From positions 12,334 to 76,333 of the forward strand of contig JAFGTD010000101.1 in assembly GCA_016934295.1 (NCBI GenBank): 64,000 nucleotides of DNA, given 5' to 3'. How positions within the stretch are numbered: position 1 is the stretch's first letter; each line of letters opens with the position of its first letter. Below are positions 19,821 through 29,237 of the stretch, piece by piece. The position numbers and the translations under genes were made by a program. The notes beneath the pieces were generated by a model. It ran no database searches. It was not told where the DNA came from and was given only the letters and a program-made list of their open reading frames with translations. Source of the stretch: Acidobacteriota bacterium (GTDB lineage Bacteria; Acidobacteriota; UBA6911).

Positions 19821-20612
19821 TTGTCCCAGTCAGTGCGCGCCGTTGAGAGAGCGCTCGATATCCTCCTCTGCTTCACACGTGAAGAACCCACCCGCTCCCT
19901 GACTCAAATAGCAGAGTCCATTCAAATGTCCAAGACCACGGTGCACCGGCTCCTGGCGACGCTTGAAAGCAAGCGCTTCATTACCCGGGATAAAGTAACC
20001 GGTTTCTACCGCCTCGGTTTCAGGTTTATTGAAATGGCCTCTCTGGTCCTGCAGGACGTGGACCTCCACCGCTGGGCCCATCCCTATCTGGAAAACCTTT
20101 CGGAAGAGTGTGGAGAAACAGTAGACCTGTCGATCCTTGACGATTCCCACGTAATCTACCTGGATGTCATAGAAAGCCCCCAGCGCGTTAAGCTGGCCGC
20201 CGCGATCGGACAACGCCTGCCGGCCTTATTCACGGCATCCGGAAAAGCGCTGCTGGCATATATCCCCGAAGAACAGGTTCTTAAAATAATCGAAAAGAAT
20301 CTGGCCGAAAGCACCGATCGCGAACCGGCGTCCATTCCCGAAATTCTGGCGGACTTAAAGCTGACGGCTGAACGCGGATATGCTATCTCCCAGCAGGAGT
20401 ATGAAAAGGACATCAACGCCGTCGCCGCGCCTATATTCGACGTGAACCATCGTCCGATCGCATCCATCGCAATCGTCGGCCCCTCGTTCCGGTTTACCGA
20501 GGACCGCCTTCCCGCCCTCGGAGAATCCATCCGCAGAATGACCCAGGTCATCGCCGAAGAAGTCGGACTCGTTGCTCTGTCCGCAATCGTCACCCAGACC
20601 CGCAACCGGTAA
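19821..20612 (+). CDS. IclR-family transcriptional regulator
   Basis: N-terminal wHTH (LTQIAESIQMSKTTVHRLLATL) and C-terminal IclR effector domain. GGAGG RBS. Confidence 0.8.
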   Translation: MSQSVRAVERALDILLCFTREEPTRSLTQIAESIQMSKTTVHRLLATLESKRFITRDKVTGFYRLGFRFIEMASLVLQDVDLHRWAHPYLENLSEECGETVDLSILDDSHVIYLDVIESPQRVKLAAAIGQRLPALFTASGKALLAYIPEEQVLKIIEKNLAESTDREPASIPEILADLKLTAERGYAISQQEYEKDINAVAAPIFDVNHRPIASIAIVGPSFRFTEDRLPALGESIRRMTQVIAEEVGLVALSAIVTQTRNR

Positions 20613-21845
20613 CTAATAACCGCCCGACATGAAAAGCATAATGGCAAACGCCGTTAGAAGCTCTTGCTCGGTGAAGGCGCAGTGCCCGTAACGCACCACC
20701 GGTATGTTCAGATGGTACAGCAGGGAACCGCCGAACAAAGTTTTTAAGTTATAGAGGGTCTCATGCCAGTACGGAACGATGGGATCCTGCGTCGTGTGCA
20801 GCGTGACCAGGGGATCGGAAAGTCTTCCCGAGGCCTGGAGACCGCTTTCAATATTATCGAGAGCCTCGGTTTCGGCGCAAAACCGGTCGATGCGCCAGTT
20901 CAAACGCCAGTCATTTCTCGATCCGAAATACCAGCGGCGGCTGTTGTCGTAGGGGCCGCCGTCCAGTTTCACAATGGCATCGTTGGTCGCAAAGATGCCA
21001 TACCAGAGAACTCCCAGAATGGTTTCCTTCGATAAAGGATCGTCGGGGTTCGCCGGCGCGTTTGCGACCCGAAGAAGCTGTCGCTTCGCGGATGGATCTG
21101 ATTGTATCGCCGATACAACCATCGGCGCGACGATTCCATCCCAAACATCCTGATTCACCAGGACATCCGGTATGCCTGCCGGAGTCGGTTTTTCCAGGAC
21201 AAACAGCGGTCCCAGTTCCGGTATTCCCTGAAGTTGGACTTCAACATCTTCCCAGAAATCCGGGAAGAAATAATTGAACAGGACCAGAAAATCCCCAAGG
21301 TAATTGATCTGTTTTCTGAAATTTCCGACGGGGCCGCAGATCGCGAGTCCTCCGTCGAATATACCGGGATTCCTTTCAAGTGCGAGCGCCGTAACCAGCC
21401 CTCCCTCGGAGGCTCCTACCAGATAGATATGGTTGGTCTCAGGATATTGAGTTAAAAAATAATCTGTCAATGCCCTAATATCTTCCACTGCCTGAGGAAT
21501 GGCCAGACCGTTGCTGCTGTAACTCGTGGTTGCAAAGGCATAACCCAAACCGGTCAGGATCTTGGAAACCGTTTGGTTACTACCCGGCGGTATTTCATAG
21601 TCTACAACCATCGGTTTCTTGATTGCGGGGCTTATATATCCGTGAGCAAAAACAACAAGATCATGGTTCCATGGAACTTGGTCAGGCATGACTATAAGGT
21701 TGCAGCTCGTTCCAATTTGATGCATCCCTTCGGGACAAAATGGTTCATCGGCTTTTATCGGCAATGCCGTCATCAGGGAAAGGATCAGGCATGAAAACAT
21801 GATCCCCCCGATCCGAGTTTTTTCATTCTTAGCAATTTGAAGCAT
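20613..21845 (-). CDS. secreted alpha/beta-hydrolase (esterase/lipase-like)
   Basis: Signal peptide. Nucleophile elbow GASEGG. Convergent and abutting the IclR gene. Confidence 0.65.
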   Translation of the reverse strand: MLQIAKNEKTRIGGIMFSCLILSLMTALPIKADEPFCPEGMHQIGTSCNLIVMPDQVPWNHDLVVFAHGYISPAIKKPMVVDYEIPPGSNQTVSKILTGLGYAFATTSYSSNGLAIPQAVEDIRALTDYFLTQYPETNHIYLVGASEGGLVTALALERNPGIFDGGLAICGPVGNFRKQINYLGDFLVLFNYFFPDFWEDVEVQLQGIPELGPLFVLEKPTPAGIPDVLVNQDVWDGIVAPMVVSAIQSDPSAKRQLLRVANAPANPDDPLSKETILGVLWYGIFATNDAIVKLDGGPYDNSRRWYFGSRNDWRLNWRIDRFCAETEALDNIESGLQASGRLSDPLVTLHTTQDPIVPYWHETLYNLKTLFGGSLLYHLNIPVVRYGHCAFTEQELLTAFAIMLFMSGGY

Positions 21846-22468
21846 GACTTCCCTCGCTTTCTATGCAAAAGACCAGCTGAAATCCTGTCCGGCACCGGAT
21901 TCATGTAGTTTCATAACTTCATATTTTTTATGACGGCTGCGGGTCCTTTCCCACGACCCGGTCGTCATAAGGTGTTTCCGTCCAATAGGCTATAATCGAG
22001 TAACTTTTTGAATTATTAAGAACTTATCGCGTGCGGGCCCTGAAATCAAGGGTATGTTGAGGGAACGTTCATAAACGAAATTTTACCGGCGGCGAATATA
22101 GTCCCTGTCGCCTATCCGAAAAGGAAAGGAGCGGATAAGTGGTGCCAACGGCAGCGCTGATTAAAAATTCCACGGAACTCCGGGGCAGTCCGGGGATGCA
22201 TCTTCATCAAGTCCTGTGCCGGGTACCGGCAGAAAATCGGAATCGTAATTACGGTCGTTATCATTAAACAAGGGAAAATAAGACGACAAGCAACGTTTTC
22301 ATAATTGCTCCCCCTATTGTATTGGAATCACTGGACCTGGTTTATCTATAAATATACTCACAGATGTACTTCAAGAAAAGTTTGCTCCGGAATCAAACAT
22401 GTCGCGGGAGGATTGGCGAACAGGACAAGGGGAATTTGGTATGAGGCAGGACTGGTGTCAAATAATAA

Positions 22469-22633
22469 TTAACCGCCGGTGATGTAGGGGAAAAAGCACA
22501 ACCTGGAATCGGATTGCACAAGGTCATCCAGGCTGCTCTGCATTCCATTGATAGTGATAAGACCGATATCGTCCGGATTCAGCCCGATCGTCATTGCGAG
22601 CTCCCGGGCTGTTTCCGGCTTCTGAATTTTCAT
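22469..22633 (-). CDS. MoaD/ThiS-family small sulfur-carrier-like protein (C-terminal Gly-Gly)
   Basis: 54 aa: MKIQKPETARELAMTIGLNPDDIGLITINGMQSSLDDLVQSDSRLCFFPYITGG, ending in GG before TAA. Starts 70 nt downstream of the AOR gene on the same strand. The longer 136-aa ORF in the track is probably an over-extension. Confidence 0.55.
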   Translation of the reverse strand: MKIQKPETARELAMTIGLNPDDIGLITINGMQSSLDDLVQSDSRLCFFPYITGG

Positions 22634-22703
22634 GGCCTGTCTTCGGGGTTTTCCGGGAAGAAGCTGCCCGAAGACTTCAATGTCGACTGCCACCGAATTC
22701 TCC

Positions 22704-24413
22704 CTACAGGGTGTCGAATATCGTATCCAGGTCCGAATCCGGCACATCGAAAACCGCGTTATGGGGCGGCAACGGCTCTTCGCGCATGTATTCCGGAATC
22801 CGATAATCATTTTGGGTGATTCCGGCTCTTCGATTGAATTCCAGTTCCGTACGAAGGACGTCCCGGTTGAACCGGTCATAATCTTCCAGCGTCCAGCCCC
22901 AGCCGTGAATCCCGTTGATCATGTCGAGCATAAGCTGCGGATTGGCAATAATAGGGGGACGGGCGAACAGGCACAATCCGGTGCTGTCGAGCATGGCCGC
23001 GATGATCTGCAGCTTCAGCGAAAGCTCTTTCTGGCCTTCCGTTCCGAGAGGATTGACCTCTTTGCGGGCTCCGAAAGCATTCCCCGCCGTATGGTCCGCG
23101 CCCTGGGGCGAAGTCGCATACGTAACGCCGTTCCCCTTCAAGGTCCGCGGATCGTAGCCCGGCATCGCCTGTCCAAGGGCAACCGGAACACGCCGCACTC
23201 CCAGTACGCGGCCCGTTGTTGCGGCGCCGCATCCCAGGACACGACCGAGAACGGTCCCTTCTCCGATCTGTTTCATAAGTCCGAGAATCCCGTCAATATC
23301 ACCGAATTCAGCCAGTCCGGCTTCGAGCGCCACACCCAGGGCCGCACCGGTCTCAATCGTATCGAGACCGAAATCGTTGCACATGTAATTAATCTCGGCG
23401 ACATCGTCGAGTTTGCCGAGCCCCAGGTTGGATCCGACAAGGGCAATGGTTTCATACTGAACGGATCCGACAACCGGCTTGCCCGTAGGGTCCGCAAACA
23501 GGTTCCGGCATGCAATCACGCAGCCGGGCATGCAGCGCGTCCCGATCTTGCCTTCACGAGCCAGTACGAGTTCACGAAGCTTTTCGCCCCGCAGTTCCGT
23601 GGAGGGTTCGAACTGTCCCTCGGAAAAATTCTTCGTCGGCAGGGATCCCATCTCGTTGACAGCGCCGACAATCGATGCCGTCCCGTAAAGATGCTGCGAT
23701 CCTTTCGTCCCCAGTTTCGGGCTCTGGATCAATTCCTGGGCAAATGCCTTGGAGGCCGCACGGAAAAGCTTCTCATCCTTAAACTCAAATTTACCTTTCG
23801 GCTTTAAAATGACCAGGGCTTTCAGGCCCTTGCTTCCCATCACGGCACCCAGGCCGCCGCGCGCCGCATGATTGCTCCGTTGGTCCTTTTCCCCGGTCGA
23901 AGAAATGCCGGCTCCCGTCATCAGCTGTTCGCCTGCCTGTCCGATGCAGATAACCGTGGAATTAGTCCCGTAGCGCTCCTGCAACGTATCCGTAGTTGCG
24001 TACGTCCCTGTATTCAACAGGTCCTCTGCTGGTACGAGTTCGGCCGAATCGCCGTCAATAACCAGGATAAAAAATCGTTTCGGTTTGCCCTGGCCTTCGA
24101 CAACTATCGCCTTAATTCCCAGTTTCCCCAGGTTATCCCCGCCGGTGCCGCCGGCGTTCGCCTCCTTAATGCCTTTCGTCAAAGGGCTTTTCGCCCCGAC
24201 AGACAACCTTCCGGCTGTCGGCACAACGGCGCCGCCGAGTATTCCGGGGGTAAAGATCAGTTTATTGTGCGGACCGAGTGCGTCACAATCGGGCGGGATT
24301 TCATTCAGTAAAAGCTTTGCAATCAGGGCTCTGCCACCGAGCTGTTCATATTCAGCGGAAACGGGTTCCCAGCGAGCTCCGGCTTCCTTCATATTAACGC
24401 GCAGTATCTTCAC
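22704..24413 (-). CDS. tungsten-type aldehyde:ferredoxin oxidoreductase (AOR family)
   Basis: 569 aa. Canonical AOR N-terminal domain (LRVNMKEAGARWEPV...GGRALIAKLL...KLIFTPGILGG...GRLSVGAKSPLTG) and C-terminal domains. Confidence 0.85.
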   Translation of the reverse strand: MKILRVNMKEAGARWEPVSAEYEQLGGRALIAKLLLNEIPPDCDALGPHNKLIFTPGILGGAVVPTAGRLSVGAKSPLTKGIKEANAGGTGGDNLGKLGIKAIVVEGQGKPKRFFILVIDGDSAELVPAEDLLNTGTYATTDTLQERYGTNSTVICIGQAGEQLMTGAGISSTGEKDQRSNHAARGGLGAVMGSKGLKALVILKPKGKFEFKDEKLFRAASKAFAQELIQSPKLGTKGSQHLYGTASIVGAVNEMGSLPTKNFSEGQFEPSTELRGEKLRELVLAREGKIGTRCMPGCVIACRNLFADPTGKPVVGSVQYETIALVGSNLGLGKLDDVAEINYMCNDFGLDTIETGAALGVALEAGLAEFGDIDGILGLMKQIGEGTVLGRVLGCGAATTGRVLGVRRVPVALGQAMPGYDPRTLKGNGVTYATSPQGADHTAGNAFGARKEVNPLGTEGQKELSLKLQIIAAMLDSTGLCLFARPPIIANPQLMLDMINGIHGWGWTLEDYDRFNRDVLRTELEFNRRAGITQNDYRIPEYMREEPLPPHNAVFDVPDSDLDTIFDTL

Positions 24414-24829
24414 GGACGACCTCCTGGATACATTGAAATAAAACTTTTATCATAATGCCGTTTCCGCTCTGCGTCAATGATTTTCACACTACGGAAACAC
24501 ACTAGCCATAATTACCGGGAATTTCCATCCCGATTCCTGGTAAATATAATCGAATCCTAAGAGAAATATCAGTCTAAATTCGGAATTTCCGGTGTTTATC
24601 CTGCTCAAAAACGAAAAATATATTTAAAGGCGGGGGAATATCGGGAAATCATCGCTTCGAGGTGAGAATTTTTCATCAGCCATATATCCGACACTTCGGT
24701 TTAAAGTTCACAGTACAACCCGGATAGGGTATATTCTTAGTAAGTTCCGGGATAGAACGCCCCCCTCGGAGAATCTTGGATGATTCGATAACCTTTTTCT
24801 TATTCAAGTAGCTTTCGGGAGAAATTGCC

Positions 24830-25354
24830 ATGCACCGGTTTGTAAGGATCGCTCTTTTTTTATCTCTCCTGCATACTGCAGGCCCATTTGCCTTCTCTCA
24901 ACTTCGAAACACCAGTCCATATATGCAGGACCGCATCAATGTAGAAAACACCTGGTTCGTACTATACGACTCCAAAGAAGCCGGCTTTGGCTGGGCTTCG
25001 GAGTGGACACAGGCAACTGCGCGGACACAGGCCGAAAAGACGGCACTGTTCAAATGGCACTTCAAAGACGGTTCCGTCGCCTACGCCCGGCAGGGGGAGT
25101 ACATCGGCGATATAGGCATGTTTCAGCCCTACCTTCTGACCGATGAATCGGAAAAGCTTAAAGATATTCACGGCGATCCGGTCCAGCCGATGACGCTCGC
25201 TAATTATCCGGTGAAAATCGAATTATGGATGGGGCCGGCCGGAGAAAAAAGCGATTTCAAACCGGAAATACTGATCGATTCCATTTGTTACAACGAAGAG
25301 AGTATCGAATACGGCTACGCCTATTACTTCTATGATTGCGGTTATGTAGAGTAA
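24830..25354 (+). CDS. secreted hypothetical protein
   Basis: 174 aa with N-terminal signal peptide (IALFLSLLHTAGPFAFS). No recognisable family. Confidence 0.4.
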   Translation: MHRFVRIALFLSLLHTAGPFAFSQLRNTSPYMQDRINVENTWFVLYDSKEAGFGWASEWTQATARTQAEKTALFKWHFKDGSVAYARQGEYIGDIGMFQPYLLTDESEKLKDIHGDPVQPMTLANYPVKIELWMGPAGEKSDFKPEILIDSICYNEESIEYGYAYYFYDCGYVE

Positions 25355-25387
25355 AAATCCAATGCCTCATTCCAGAATCTTGAATCT

Positions 25388-26428
25388 TCAATTAATTATC
25401 AATCCCCAGGTTCCGGGATCGTCTTTCATGACAACAGCTTTGCCCCTCAATGGCACACAATCGGGCAGTTTCCCACGCAGACCGGCTTCCAGTATCAGTT
25501 CGGCCGGGTTTATCCGGGAAACCTGACGGAGACCGATATAGGAAGTTGTCAGCCTGGGATTGATCTCGACCAGTCGAACGGCATCATCGGTCAGGATCAG
25601 ATCCACTCCCGCATATCCATTGAGACCGGGAATCAATCCAACCGCTTCGCAGGCCAGATCCATGACATTTCGAATTCTCTCATGGATGAAAGGCACCTCG
25701 CAGCCCCGATAACAAAACGGCATGCCGGGCTGAATCAACTGCCGGTTCAGACTCAACGGCAGGCAGCGGTCTCCCGCAACAAGCAAAGAAACACTCACAT
25801 GGAGTCCGTCCAGGAACGGTTGGATCGAAATGCGATCGCGGGACGTGACAGGGCGTATTCTTTCCAAAGCCCCGAAAATATCAGTCCGATTGCCGACAAG
25901 ACAAACGCCCTCACTTCCAAAACCATCGAGAGGTTTGAGAACCAGCGGGAATCCTTTCGCCTCCGCCATTTGTTCCGCACTATCGAATCCTGCAATGCAG
26001 GTTTCAACAGTCGGCAGGCCGGCATCGCGAAAGATCCTGTCGCAGGCTTCTTTATCACCGGCAACGGCGGTTGCCGAAGCACAGGATCCCAACAAAGGAA
26101 TCCCGGCATTCTCGACCTGCAAGGAAAGCCTTGATAAAATACCGTCGGTTTCCGGTGCAACCACCAATGCAGCGTCACAGCGGCTTAATAGAGAGAGGAA
26201 GATTGCATCATGTCCGCCTGGAGATGCACACACCACTTCACCCGCGGGAAGCGTATTCCGGTTCAGTCCCGGGATGCAGTCCTCGAACCGGGGATCCAGG
26301 ACGGTGACGGTACGCACGCCATCCCACTTATTGAAATCGGCCAGAAGCGCCCACAGGATGCCCAGAGCCTCCGCCGCAAGACCGCCCGGCAGTTCCCCGC
26401 CGGGGGAGCCTCCCCCGGAAAAATATTC
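25388..26428 (-). CDS. ATP-grasp ligase of the H4MPT/methanofuran-linked group (MfnD / tyramine-glutamate-ligase-like)
   Basis: ATP-grasp fold motifs (VLKPLDGFGSEGV, LVEINPR). Placed at the internal ATG (MSVPSNIFVYEYFSGGG); the ORF-track TTG start at 26491 would overlap the divergent hisA-like gene. Confidence 0.55.
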   Translation of the reverse strand, partial: EYFSGGGSPGGELPGGLAAEALGILWALLADFNKWDGVRTVTVLDPRFEDCIPGLNRNTLPAGEVVCASPGGHDAIFLSLLSRCDAALVVAPETDGILSRLSLQVENAGIPLLGSCASATAVAGDKEACDRIFRDAGLPTVETCIAGFDSAEQMAEAKGFPLVLKPLDGFGSEGVCLVGNRTDIFGALERIRPVTSRDRISIQPFLDGLHVSVSLLVAGDRCLPLSLNRQLIQPGMPFCYRGCEVPFIHERIRNVMDLACEAVGLIPGLNGYAGVDLILTDDAVRLVEINPRLTTSYIGLRQVSRINPAELILEAGLRGKLPDCVPLRGKAVVMKDDPGTWGLIIN

Positions 26429-26457
26429 ATACACAAATATATTGGACGGCACAGACA

Positions 26458-27197
26458 TGCGATTAATCCCTGTTATAGATTTATTGAACAACCAGGCGGT
26501 CCATGCTGTTAAAGGCGAGCGGAAACATTATAAACCGTTAAAGAGCGTCTTGTGCAGTTCATCCGATCCCCTGGAGATTGCCCGAGCGTTTCGCGATCGC
26601 CTGGGATTGAATGAAATCTACATCGCCGACCTGGACGCCATCCAGAATTCAAACCCGACAAAACACCGGGAATTGATTGTATACCTCTCTTCCAGTGAAA
26701 AAATCCGCATTCTCCTGGATGCCGGAATTTCGGATGCCGCGCAGGCCCGGATCCGGCTCGACACAGGCATCCATAAAGTGATTATTGGAGCAGAAACCCT
26801 TAAAAGCCGGGATGCCCTGAAAGGACTCCCCTGCGACATCGATCCTGCCCGCCTGATATTCAGCCTCGATTGCCGCAATGGAAAAATTCTTTCAAGGTGC
26901 TCCGACCTGGTGAAACTGGCCCCGATGAAAGCTCTGGAATGCCTGCAATCCTCGGGCTGGCGGGAGATAATTTTGCTGGATCTTGCGCGAGTGGGAAGCG
27001 GCCGTGGTATAGACCGCTCATTGATTATTCAGGCACGGGCAAATTTTCCCGAGCTGACACTTCTTGCCGGTGGGGGAATCACCGGTCCACATGAAGCAAA
27101 CGAACTGAACTCCATGGGTATTGAAGGTGCACTCTTGGCAACCGCTCTCCATAATGGCAGCATCGGCCCGCAACACATCCCCGAGTTAAAAACATAA
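26458..27197 (+). CDS. HisA/HisF-like (beta/alpha)8-barrel protein of the H4MPT-linked C1 gene set
   Basis: 246 aa. MRLIPVIDLLNNQAVHAVKG N-terminus and C-terminal GGGI phosphate-binding motif, typical of the HisA/HisF family. Confidence 0.7.
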
Positions 27198-27202
27198 CGC
27201 GA

Positions 27203-27300
27203 AGACGCAAGACCTCAAAGACGCAGAGAAAAATAAATTATTTGATGCAATTTATTTTGGACTCTGCGTTCTCTGCGTCTCTGCGGTGAATTTTTTTATC
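27203..27300. terminator. large imperfect hairpin between convergent hisA-like and fae genes, built from AAGACGCA / CTCTGCGT tandem octamers around an AT-rich palindromic loop, followed by T7
   Basis: GAAGACGCAAGACCTCAAAGACGCAGAG ... CTCTGCGTTCTCTGCGTCTCTGCGG then TGAATTTTTTTATC. Confidence 0.6.
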
Positions 27301-27308
27301 GGCAATGC

Positions 27309-27821
27309 CTACTGATGCGCCGCGAAAGGATGGGCCGCTTCGCCTTTCTTTGCAACAACTTCAGCGGCTTTCGGTTCGCCTGCTACGGCACGCTTTATGG
27401 CAAGCTTGGTCGCTTCGTAATTGAAATCCTGAATCTTGGTGTCGTCCTTGGCTTCCCAATGGATGAAAACACCGACGAGGATATATACATCATCAGCTTC
27501 TCCGGCCGGAATCGTGCCGTCTTCGACACAATCGGCAACGGCCATGCCAACGGCGCGTTGAGCCGGGCCGAACATCTGGACCGCCTGGGTGGCGTTCTTG
27601 ATGGTGACCTTATTGAACATTACCGTGGAAGGTTTGCACGGCAGGTTCGGAGCGACAACAGCCAGCAGGGAAGTAAATCCGTCTTTGTTATTGGCAAGTG
27701 TATTGCAGAAAGCAGCCTCGGCGGCGCTCCCCCGTGGGCCCAGTATCAGATCGATATGGGCGATTTCGTTTCCGTCTCCAACCAGTGCTTCTCCAACCAT
27801 AACTCGATCAATCTTTGCCAT
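27309..27821 (-). CDS. fae: formaldehyde-activating enzyme (5,6,7,8-tetrahydromethanopterin hydro-lyase)
   Basis: 170 aa, near-collinear with Fae of methylotrophs ([61 protein letters not shown]...[10 protein letters not shown]...[13 protein letters not shown]...NYEATKL.I.RAV.GEPKA...HPFAA). Confidence 0.9.
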   Translation of the reverse strand: MAKIDRVMVGEALVGDGNEIAHIDLILGPRGSAAEAAFCNTLANNKDGFTSLLAVVAPNLPCKPSTVMFNKVTIKNATQAVQMFGPAQRAVGMAVADCVEDGTIPAGEADDVYILVGVFIHWEAKDDTKIQDFNYEATKLAIKRAVAGEPKAAEVVAKKGEAAHPFAAHQ

Positions 27822-27974
27822 TTCAATCCTCCTGATATTTATTCCGCAACCGGGAAAAATAGGGCTGAATTAGACCAGCGAATTTTAAGACCAGCAATTT
27901 TCTATCCGACTGAGACCTCGATCTATATATCGATGCACCTGTTTTGTCAACACGAATCCGGCAAGAAATGCGGG

Positions 27975-29129
27975 CTAGAAGAAGCGAAGATACCCGCTTG
28001 CCTTCTTCAGGCGGAGGGAAGGCCTTCCGAGGGCGTCGATGCTCCAGATTCTGCCTGTTTTTCTCTGTTCGAGAATCCGGTTTACGGTTATCTCACCCAG
28101 GCCGGGAACACGCAGAAGCTGGTATTTGGGGGCTTTATTTATATCAAGGGGGAAATATTCGGGATGAAGCATTGCCCAGTGCTCTTTGGGATCGATATCG
28201 AGCGAAAGATTTCCCGTCCTGTCAAAACAGATATCCGATTCGGTGAATCCGTATTTGCGCATCAGGAAATCAACCTGGTACAGGCGATGCTCTCGCATAA
28301 ACACATCGCCCGGATTCTGCCCCTTATATTCATCCATAGCGGTATGCCCTAAATCCTTCTGGTAAGCGCTGAAGTAAATCCTTTTGAGATGGAGCCGGTC
28401 GTACAGTCCCCACATATAACGAACAATTTCCGAATCCGTCTCCTCCGCCGCGCCGACGACAAACTGGGTGGTCTGTTTGACCCTTTCGTATTTGTTGCCC
28501 CGGCCGGTCAGCCGGCTTATCAGTTTGATAGGTTCGGCAATATCCTCGATGAACCGCTTGCGGGATGACAGCTTGGCCAGATGCCCGGCACCGGGAGTTT
28601 CGATATTCAGGGAGACTGCCGTCGACAGGGAAACGGCCTCTTCAATGGCTGCGGCGCTTGCACCGGGTATGATCTTCAGATGAATGTATCCCCTGAAATC
28701 GCGTTTGCAGCGAAGAATTCGCGCTATACGGTTCAGTCGCTCCATTGTCGCATCGGGTGTGCCGAGTACGCCGGAAGTAAGAAACAGTCCGAAAACTTCC
28801 CGGCGGTTGAAATAATCCAGGAAGGCATTGACGGTTTCCTCCTCGCTTAGCGTGCATCGGCGAACATCCTGGTCGGCCCTCAGCGGGCAGTATCTGCAGT
28901 CGCTGGAACATACATTGGAAATGAGGGTTTTAAAGAGAACGCTCGTTCCTCCATTAGGCAGGGTTACGGGATAAATCCATTTATCCTGCTTGCCTCGCCT
29001 TCGGTGGCCGCCCTCATTAGTGCCGCACGCGCAGGCCAGATCGTACTGGGCGTCTGCACTGAGTATTTCAAGTTTCTGCTGCGTATCCGGCTTGCTGATT
29101 ATGGCGGTCATTAATATCCCGGGAGTCAA
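27975..29129 (-). CDS. radical SAM protein with C-terminal helix-hairpin-helix (resembles the putative DNA modification/repair radical-SAM family)
   Basis: CSSDCRYC (Cx3Cx2C) motif. C-terminal LLRVPGLGEITVNRILEQRK HhH-like segment. 384 aa. Confidence 0.6.
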   Translation of the reverse strand: MTPGILMTAIISKPDTQQKLEILSADAQYDLACACGTNEGGHRRRGKQDKWIYPVTLPNGGTSVLFKTLISNVCSSDCRYCPLRADQDVRRCTLSEEETVNAFLDYFNRREVFGLFLTSGVLGTPDATMERLNRIARILRCKRDFRGYIHLKIIPGASAAAIEEAVSLSTAVSLNIETPGAGHLAKLSSRKRFIEDIAEPIKLISRLTGRGNKYERVKQTTQFVVGAAEETDSEIVRYMWGLYDRLHLKRIYFSAYQKDLGHTAMDEYKGQNPGDVFMREHRLYQVDFLMRKYGFTESDICFDRTGNLSLDIDPKEHWAMLHPEYFPLDINKAPKYQLLRVPGLGEITVNRILEQRKTGRIWSIDALGRPSLRLKKASGYLRFF

Positions 29130-29237
29130 TCAACCCAAAACTCATCTACATGCAATTTTACTTCGAAATCATACTATGGGAAAAAATAATAGCCACTCCC
29201 TGTTTCGATGCGATCCCCATGATTCTGTGATGGGTCG

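Noticed and set aside
21925-21975. Hairpin ATGACGGCTGCGGGTC...GACCCGGTCGTCAT as an intrinsic terminator
   Set aside because: The T-tract lies 5' of the stem on the plus strand and an A-tract follows it on the minus strand. Neither orientation gives stem plus U-tract, so it is not a canonical terminator and is reported only as a hairpin.
22469-22879. 136-aa minus-strand ORF as a single protein
   Set aside because: Only the last 54 aa look like a real MoaD/ThiS-type protein with its own Met and GG terminus. The upstream 80 aa are Arg/Cys/Ser-rich low-complexity read-through of the intergenic region.
26429-26491. TTG-initiated N-terminal extension of the ATP-grasp gene overlapping the divergent hisA-like gene
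   Set aside because: A TTG start without an RBS that overlaps a divergent gene start is unlikely. The internal ATG (MSVPSNIFVYEYFSGGG) fits ATP-grasp N-termini better. Uncertainty remains.
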